Shown: positions 58,535 to 64,000 of the stretch, one piece after another
How positions within the stretch are numbered: the first letter of the stretch is position 1
Layout of the letters: each line of letters begins with the position of its first letter
Source: Actinomycetota bacterium
Lineage (GTDB): Bacteria; Actinomycetota; UBA4738; JACQTL01
Direction of reading: 5' to 3'
Assembly: GCA_036557505.1 (NCBI GenBank)
Contig: DATBHM010000065.1
Location: forward strand, 6,742-70,741
Length of the DNA: 64,000 nucleotides
Program-made: the position numbers and the translations under genes
Notes under the pieces: generated by a model
The model's input: the letters and a program-made list of their open reading frames with translations, nothing else
What the model was told of the DNA's origin: nothing
Database searches by the model: none

Positions 58535-59269
58535 GTGAACTCGATGGCCGGCTCCGACGACATCCGGGACGAGGTCGCCTCCGTGCGGTGGTTCCACTCC
58601 ATCGACCTGGGCGGGGGAATCGTGACGCCCGGCGCGTTCGACACCGCCGCCGTGCTCCCCAGGATCGGCATGCCCGAGGACCTCACCGGCCGGTCGGTGC
58701 TCGACGTGGGGGCCTGGGACGGGTTCTTCTCGTTCGAGGCTGAACGTCGCGGTGCCGAGCGGGTCGTCGCGACCGATTCGCACGCCTGGAGGGAACCGGG
58801 CAAGGAGGGCTTCGAGCTCGCACGCCGCCTCCGAGGGTCGAGCGTCGAGGACCGCGACCTCGACGTCATGGAGCTGTCGCCGGACACCCTCGGCACGTTC
58901 GATCTCGTGCTCTTCCTCGGCGTTCTGTATCACATGAAGGAACCGCTGCTCGGCCTCGAGCGGGTCGCCGCCGTCGCGACCGGTCAGCTGATCGTTTCCA
59001 CTGCGGTCGATCTGGTTCGGCTCCGCCGCCCCGCCGTGGCGTTCTACCCCGGACGCGAATACGGGGACGATCCCACGAACTGGTGGGGGCCGAACCCCGC
59101 AGGGGTGCTGGCGATGCTCCGTTCCGTCGGATTCCGTCGGACGGTGGTGTTCAGCCGGCCGTTCCCCTCGCGACTGCGAAGCGTGGCACGATCCGTCCGC
59201 CATCCCACCTCGTCGGGGACCGGCCGCGGGCCCTTGGTTCGCCACGCGGTGTTCCACGCCTGGCGGTAG
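58535..59269 (+). CDS. Class I SAM-dependent methyltransferase
   Basis: The sequence WFHSIDLGGGIVTPG...VLDVGAWDGFFSFEAERRGA...FDLVLFLGVLYHMKEP is a methyltransferase fold with a SAM-binding motif. Confidence 0.6.
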   Translation: MNSMAGSDDIRDEVASVRWFHSIDLGGGIVTPGAFDTAAVLPRIGMPEDLTGRSVLDVGAWDGFFSFEAERRGAERVVATDSHAWREPGKEGFELARRLRGSSVEDRDLDVMELSPDTLGTFDLVLFLGVLYHMKEPLLGLERVAAVATGQLIVSTAVDLVRLRRPAVAFYPGREYGDDPTNWWGPNPAGVLAMLRSVGFRRTVVFSRPFPSRLRSVARSVRHPTSSGTGRGPLVRHAVFHAWR

Positions 59270-59312
59270 CGCAGCGCCGGTCAGTCCAGGTCCAGCCGAT
59301 AGACTGCCGGAC

Positions 59313-60587
59313 ATGTCCCAGGCCGCCGCCGGTTCTCATCACGACCACGATCACGGGCCCGCCACCGGCCTCATCTCGGTCGAGGAGGCCCGAGAACGGA
59401 TCCTGTCCGCCATCCAACCCCTCGCGCCGATCGAGCTGCCACTGCAGGAGGCGAGCGGCTGCGTCGTCGCGACCGGCACCGTGGCGGAGGGACACCTTCC
59501 GGAGTTCTCGTCGTCGGCGATGGACGGCTATGCGGCCCGTTCCCACGATGTCGCGGGGGCCTCGGAGGACGAACCGGTCACGCTCCGGGTGGTCGGGCTC
59601 GCCCGGATCGGCCGGCGACCCGACGCCACGGTCGGCGGGGGGGAGGCCGTGCGGATCGACACCGGCGCGCCGGTCCCCGCGGGCGCGGACTGCGTTGTCC
59701 CCATCGAGTACACGGAGGCGGCCGGCGATCGCGTGCGCGTTCGCCAGCCGTTCGCCGAGGGACGGAACGTCCGCCCGGCCGGTGAGGACGTCCGGGCGGG
59801 CGACGTGCTGGTCCCGGCCGGTCGGCGGCTGACCGGCGCCGAGCTCGGGCTGCTCGCGCTCTCCGGCCACCCGCAGGTGGCCGCGCACCCCCGGCCCCGC
59901 GTGATCGTGCTCTCGACCGGCGACGAGCTGGTCGAGCCGTGGCAGCAGGCGGAGTTCGGGCAGGTTCGCGACGCGAACGCGTTCACCATCTTCGGCGGGC
60001 TCCGCGACGCGGGGGCCGTGCCGTACCTGGCCGGGATCGTCCGCGACGACCCCGAGGCGCTCAAGGAGACCATCCTGTCGCACCTCGTGCAGGCGGACGC
60101 CTACATCTCGTCGGGCGGTGTCTCCGTGGGGGAGCGGGACGTGGTCAAGCGGGCGTTCTTCCGACGCGGCGAGGTCGACTTCTTCCGGGTCGCCATGCAG
60201 CCCGGGATGCCGCAGGCCTTCGGAATGATCGAGGGCAAGCCCTACTTCGGGCTGCCGGGGAACCCCGTGTCGGTGTTCGTGTCGTTCGAGGTGTTCGTGC
60301 GGCCGGCAATCATGAAGCTCATGGGGCGCAAGGACCTCCTGCGGCCGGAGATCAGCGCGCGGCTCGCCACCGAGATCTCCGGGCCGAAGGACCGCCTGCA
60401 GTTCGCCCGGGTCCTGGTGAAGCGGGGGCGGGACGGCTGGGTCGCGGAATCGACCGGCGGCTCGTCTTCGAACCTGGTCTCCACGGTCGCGAAGGCGAAC
60501 GGACTGGCGATGATCCCAGCGGGCGTGGAGACCGCGCCGGCGGGCTCCGAGGTCCGGGTCCTGGTGTTCCGCTCCATGGAGTCGTAG
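59313..60587 (+). CDS. moeA: Molybdopterin molybdotransferase
   Basis: The 424-aa product has the MoeA pattern (SAMDGYA..., GDEL, GGVSVGE). Confidence 0.85.
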   Translation: MSQAAAGSHHDHDHGPATGLISVEEARERILSAIQPLAPIELPLQEASGCVVATGTVAEGHLPEFSSSAMDGYAARSHDVAGASEDEPVTLRVVGLARIGRRPDATVGGGEAVRIDTGAPVPAGADCVVPIEYTEAAGDRVRVRQPFAEGRNVRPAGEDVRAGDVLVPAGRRLTGAELGLLALSGHPQVAAHPRPRVIVLSTGDELVEPWQQAEFGQVRDANAFTIFGGLRDAGAVPYLAGIVRDDPEALKETILSHLVQADAYISSGGVSVGERDVVKRAFFRRGEVDFFRVAMQPGMPQAFGMIEGKPYFGLPGNPVSVFVSFEVFVRPAIMKLMGRKDLLRPEISARLATEISGPKDRLQFARVLVKRGRDGWVAESTGGSSSNLVSTVAKANGLAMIPAGVETAPAGSEVRVLVFRSMES

Positions 60588-61054
60588 TGGCCGACGAACG
60601 CGCTCCCGACGGGGCCGCGCGGATCGTCGAGGTCGGCGCCAAGGGCGTCACCGAACGCGTCGCGGTGGCCGAGGCCTGGCTCCGGACGACCGCCGACGCG
60701 GTGTCCCGTCTCGAGGAGGGCACGCGCAAGGGGCACCCGCTCGAGGCCGCGCGCATCGCCGGGATCATGGGCGTGAAGCGAACGCCCGACCTGCTCCCGT
60801 TCTGCCATCCGATCGCCGTGACCGGGGCGGAGGTGCTGGTCGAACCGGATGGCCCGGGCGGGGTCGTCCGCGTGCAGGCGACCGTCAAGGCCCGGGACCG
60901 AACGGGAGTCGAGATGGAGGCGTTGACGGCGGCCTCCGTCGCCGCGCTGTCGCTCTACGACACGGCCAAGGAGTTCGACCGGTCGGCCCGGATCACGGAC
61001 GTCCGGCTGCTGTCGAAGTCCGGCGGCAAGAGCGGCGACTACCGGGCCGGCTGA
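60587..61054 (+). CDS. moaC: Cyclic pyranopterin monophosphate synthase
   Basis: The GTG start overlaps the moeA stop (TAGTG). MoaC signatures are present: KGHPLEAARIAGIMGVKRTPDLLPFCHP and EMEALTAASVAALSLYD. Confidence 0.85.
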   Translation: MADERAPDGAARIVEVGAKGVTERVAVAEAWLRTTADAVSRLEEGTRKGHPLEAARIAGIMGVKRTPDLLPFCHPIAVTGAEVLVEPDGPGGVVRVQATVKARDRTGVEMEALTAASVAALSLYDTAKEFDRSARITDVRLLSKSGGKSGDYRAG

Positions 61055-61082
61055 CACCCGCAGGACCCGTTCACGGGGCGTT

Positions 61083-61111
61083 CGGAAAAATTTCACGGAT
61101 GAGATTTTCCG
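61083..61111. promoter_or_regulatory. Inverted repeat CGGAAAAAT-N12-ATTTTCCG in an unusually AT-rich intergenic stretch
   Basis: This is read directly from 61055-61191, between moaC and the next gene. The local AT content contrasts sharply with the rest of the window. Confidence 0.3.
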
Positions 61112-61191
61112 GCCCCATATGTTGTGTTACCGTCCCTTCCCAGCCCACATCTTGTGGCCGAAAACCGGGGTCCGGTCGACAGGGGGTTGGG

Positions 61192-61734
61192 ATGGATTGG
61201 CTGTTCACGGGCATTGTGGTCATCATCTTGGCCGCGTACGCGCTTCCCCCTCGCTTGGCTCGTGGTCGCGCGCGCTCGAGCATCGAGGAGTTCAACCACC
61301 ATATGGGCATACTGGAGCAGACCGAGAAGGCGGGCGGCAGATGGATCGTCGCCCCCCGCAAGGGGGAGGCCTTCGTCGGTCGCCGTGAGCGGGCGCGCTC
61401 GCGAGCCCGGGCCCGCCGCCGGCGAGTGTTCACCGTCCTGCTCGAGGCGCTCGCACTGACGCTGCTCATCGGCATGTTCCCGCCGCTGCGGGGCATGTGG
61501 TTTTTGAGCGCGGCCGTGGCCGTCCTGCTGGGTGCGTACGTGATGATGCTCCTCAGGGTGAAGCGCAACGAGGAGGCCTCCCCGCTGCCGGTCCGCGCCG
61601 GGCCGAACGGGCTGGACGTGCCCCTGGGGCCCGCGACGCCCCGCCCGGACCGACCGATGGGGTGGCTGCAGGAGTCCGACATCGTGCACGTCCGGCTCCG
61701 GAGCCCGGCCGAGCTCGAAGCCGCCGGCGTCTGA
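61192..61734 (+). CDS. Hypothetical membrane protein (3 TM helices)
   Basis: ATG 61192 opens MDWLFTGIVVIILAAY. A basic loop follows, then two further hydrophobic helices. Confidence 0.4.
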   Translation: MDWLFTGIVVIILAAYALPPRLARGRARSSIEEFNHHMGILEQTEKAGGRWIVAPRKGEAFVGRRERARSRARARRRRVFTVLLEALALTLLIGMFPPLRGMWFLSAAVAVLLGAYVMMLLRVKRNEEASPLPVRAGPNGLDVPLGPATPRPDRPMGWLQESDIVHVRLRSPAELEAAGV

Positions 61735-61765
61735 CGCCGCCCGCTCCGGCTACCATCCCCAGCCG

Positions 61766-62419
61766 ATGGAGCTCGACGCGCTGGGACGGGGGTTCCGCGA
61801 GGAGTTCGACGCGAAGATGGTCGCCCGGGAGCGTGCGCTCGCCGCCTCCCGCACGGCCATCCGGAGCAGCGCGAACTCCATCCGGGCCCTGCACCGCGGG
61901 GACCGGGAGCGGGCGGCCGCGCTCATGGAGGAGGCGCGCGCGGCGGTCGCGGACGGGGTCGCGGCCGTGGCCGACCATCCGGACGTCGCCCAGGCGGGGT
62001 TCCTGCAGGACGCCATGAAGGAGTACACGGAGGCGCGGTTCACCGAGCTGATCATCGACGGCTCGAACGACGTGCCGGCCCCGTCCGATCTCGGTGTGGA
62101 GCTCGCCCCGTACCTCAACGGGATGTCCGAGGCGGTCGGCGAGGCCCGGCGGGAGATCCTCGACCTCCTGCGCAAGGGCGACGTCGCGAACAGCGAACGG
62201 ATGCTCGGCGCGATGGAGGACATCTACGGGCTGCTCGCGACGATCGACTATCCGGACGCCATCACCGGCAACCTCCGGCGGTCGACCGACGTGGCGCGCT
62301 CGATCATGGAGAAGACCCGCGGCGACCTCTCCCTGTCGCTCGTCCAGCGCAACCTGATCGACGCGCTCGACCGCCACGCCCGGGCGGTGCTGGGCCGGCA
62401 GCGGTCAGACGACGCGTAG
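61766..62419 (+). CDS. All-alpha hypothetical protein (translin-like?)
   Basis: The 217-aa product is predicted to be helical and has a weak resemblance to translin-family proteins. The assignment is tentative. Confidence 0.35.
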   Translation: MELDALGRGFREEFDAKMVARERALAASRTAIRSSANSIRALHRGDRERAAALMEEARAAVADGVAAVADHPDVAQAGFLQDAMKEYTEARFTELIIDGSNDVPAPSDLGVELAPYLNGMSEAVGEARREILDLLRKGDVANSERMLGAMEDIYGLLATIDYPDAITGNLRRSTDVARSIMEKTRGDLSLSLVQRNLIDALDRHARAVLGRQRSDDA

Positions 62420-63211
62420 CCGGCCGAGGAACGCGTCGGCGATCCCGTGGTCGCCCTCGACGGTGAGGACGCCGTCCGATTCCAGCTCCGAGAACGTCCC
62501 CCGTCCGGTGGCCGCCATGACGAATCGCGGCGCGGGGGCCGTGATGGTGGTGTGCGGCTCCACGACCGGTCCGTTGCCGGACGAGTCGAACCGCGATCGG
62601 CCCGACGCGAGGTCCGCCGTCCACGGATGCAGCGGAACCTCCGTGAGGTCGACCGTGATCGAGCCCGTGCGGGCGTTCATCCCCGGGAGCACCGACGTCC
62701 CCGCGGCCGCCAGGACGAACCCCGCCGGGATCGCGACGTCCGCCCTCTCGAGCGACATCCCGAGCCCCAACCGGACGTCCTGCCGGTGCACCCACTCGTC
62801 GAACGGACGGCTCCACGGGAACATCCCGGCGGGCCCCGTTCCCCACATGGTGGGAACCCGGAGGCGGAACGCCCCGGCCGGTGCGGTCTTCACGACGCGG
62901 AGCAGCCGCCTGCCCCACTGGTCGAGGGCCAGCAGGAGCTCGGGAACCGGTCGGTCGGCGTAGCTCCCGACGACCCTGTCGTTCCAGCGCTCGAGCTTGT
63001 CGGACGAGGTCAGGACCTTCGGGAGGATCGACCCGGTCACCGACGCCCTGTCGGTGGTGATGAGGTGCGCGGCCACCTCGCGGACCCGCCATCGGGGGAG
63101 CACCTCGACGTCCCACTGGACGGACTCGAGCGAACGGAGGAGGCCGAGCGTCCGTCCGCGCTCCGCGCGGGTGCCTCTGACGATCTCGGCCTTCGTGATC
63201 GCGAGCTCCAC
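62405..63211 (-). CDS. Mycothiol-dependent maleylpyruvate isomerase-family / DinB-like actinobacterial protein (TIGR03083-type)
   Basis: The N-terminal MDMPI_N-like region is VREVAAHLITTDR, followed by a C-terminal domain. The 268-aa product converges on the previous gene with a 15-bp overlap. Confidence 0.55.
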   Translation of the reverse strand: MELAITKAEIVRGTRAERGRTLGLLRSLESVQWDVEVLPRWRVREVAAHLITTDRASVTGSILPKVLTSSDKLERWNDRVVGSYADRPVPELLLALDQWGRRLLRVVKTAPAGAFRLRVPTMWGTGPAGMFPWSRPFDEWVHRQDVRLGLGMSLERADVAIPAGFVLAAAGTSVLPGMNARTGSITVDLTEVPLHPWTADLASGRSRFDSSGNGPVVEPHTTITAPAPRFVMAATGRGTFSELESDGVLTVEGDHGIADAFLGRLRVV

Positions 63212-63283
63212 GACGGCTCGAGGATACGTCGGTCGGCCGGAGGGCCGTTCGCCGGGGGGGCTCTGCTACGCTAGCCGACCCTT

Positions 63284-63360
63284 GGGGGTGTAGCTCAGCC
63301 CGGTAGAGCGCTGCCTTCGCACGGCAGAGGTCAGGGGTTCAAATCCCCTCACCTCCACCA
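63284..63360 (+). tRNA. tRNA-Ala (anticodon CGC)
   Basis: The cloverleaf was folded by hand. The acceptor stem GGGGGTG/CACCTCC has the G3:U70 Ala identity pair. The anticodon loop is TTCGCAC, the T-loop is TTCAAAT, and the 3' end is CCA. Confidence 0.9.
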
Positions 63361-63459
63361 CAAAACCGCAGGTCAGGGGGTCTCTCTGGGAGGTCCCCGA
63401 TTCGTCAAGGGCCGAGGGGACCCGTCGGGGACCCCGGCGTGGCGGGAAAACGGCGCCTT

Positions 63460-63580
63460 GAAACACCGCGTCGAGGCGATCCGCGAGGGCCTCGTCCATG
63501 GATGGCATGAGGTGGCCGTACCGGTCCCTGGTCACGGCGATGGAGGAGTGTCCGAGCCGTTCGGCGATGGCCTTCTCTGT
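63460..63580 (-). pseudogene. C-terminal fragment of a tyrosine recombinase/phage integrase
   Basis: The translation KAIAERLGHSSIAVTRDRYGHLMPSMDEALADRLDAVF is the typical integrase C-terminus with the catalytic Tyr region. The upstream part of the ORF is not integrase-like, and the ORF runs antisense through the tRNA. Confidence 0.5.
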
Positions 63581-64000
63581 CGAACAAGAACCCGCACCAG
63601 CGAATCGGCTCGGTCCAGCACTACGGCGACAACACGTATCCGCCGGGTAGCAGCACGGCGGGTCGGCTTCGTGGCTGTGAGCCATAGCCTCCCGGCCGGC
63701 GCCGGGTCGTAGGCTTCAGCATTCCTGGCGCCAGTCTGGCGCGTCGGCGCCGTTCCGATGACAACCGGTCGGAACGGGCCGGAATCCCGGCGGCGGGGTG
63801 GCGTTGACGAAAAACGCGCCCTCGCTGATCAGGAGATCGGGGCGCATGGCCTTGTACATCGGCCGTCACTCAGTACCGTGACCATACTCGCCCACAGGCG
63901 GCGAATGGATCGAGGGTGGCTACAGGGGCCGTACGTGATCTCCCGACCATCACGGAGCGTGATGATGAGGTCCCCGCCGCTGCTACACCCAAAAGGCTGA

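Noticed and set aside
63266-63685. A 139-aa minus-strand ORF overlapping the tRNA.
   Set aside because: Only residues roughly 38-75 are integrase-like. The remainder reads antisense through tRNA-Ala and is not protein-like. It is treated as an integrase remnant and called a pseudogene.

Overview
This is a gene-dense, very high-GC (roughly 70% or more) chromosomal segment that looks like it comes from an actinobacterium. About 60 protein-coding genes on both strands are supported. Many adjacent genes share ATGA/GTGA stop-start overlaps, which suggests translationally coupled operons. There is one tRNA-Ala(CGC) near the 3' end, followed by an integrase C-terminal remnant. I found no rRNA and no CRISPR array.

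The content is mainly housekeeping and cell-envelope functions:
- gdhA, galU, moeA/moaC, folE, MTAP, 5-FTHF cyclo-ligase, tldD/pmbA, a DEAD-box helicase and a duplicated 3-hydroxyacyl-CoA dehydrogenase.
- An MprA/MprB/PepD-like envelope-stress two-component module.
- Many secreted or membrane peptidases: S8, HtrA, M15, G1/eqolisin, M23 and TldD/PmbA.
- Several membrane glycosyltransferases: a GT2-GtrA fusion plus a GT-C enzyme, a GT87-like protein and a GT4.
- Signalling proteins: a GGDEF/EAL protein, an adenylate cyclase and a Ser/Thr kinase (the latter two with beta-propeller C-termini), and a large LuxR-family (LAL) regulator.

The most interesting candidate is the operon folE - 6-pyruvoyl-tetrahydropterin synthase - methyltransferase - GT4 glycosyltransferase - SDR, with a divergent NAD-dependent epimerase. 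It looks like a biosynthetic cluster for a glycosylated and possibly methylated pterin. Other notable items:
- A 15-bp tandem repeat encoding about 17 NTWSG pentapeptide units at the C-terminus of the S8 protease.
- A tldD-pmbA-unknown coupled triad.
- A roughly 6-kb signalling insertion between galU and moeA.
- A His-rich tail on a phosphoesterase encoded by 9-bp repeats.
- An internally duplicated membrane protein.

Many long ORFs in the six-frame track are opposite-strand or alternate-frame shadows typical of high-GC DNA and were rejected.
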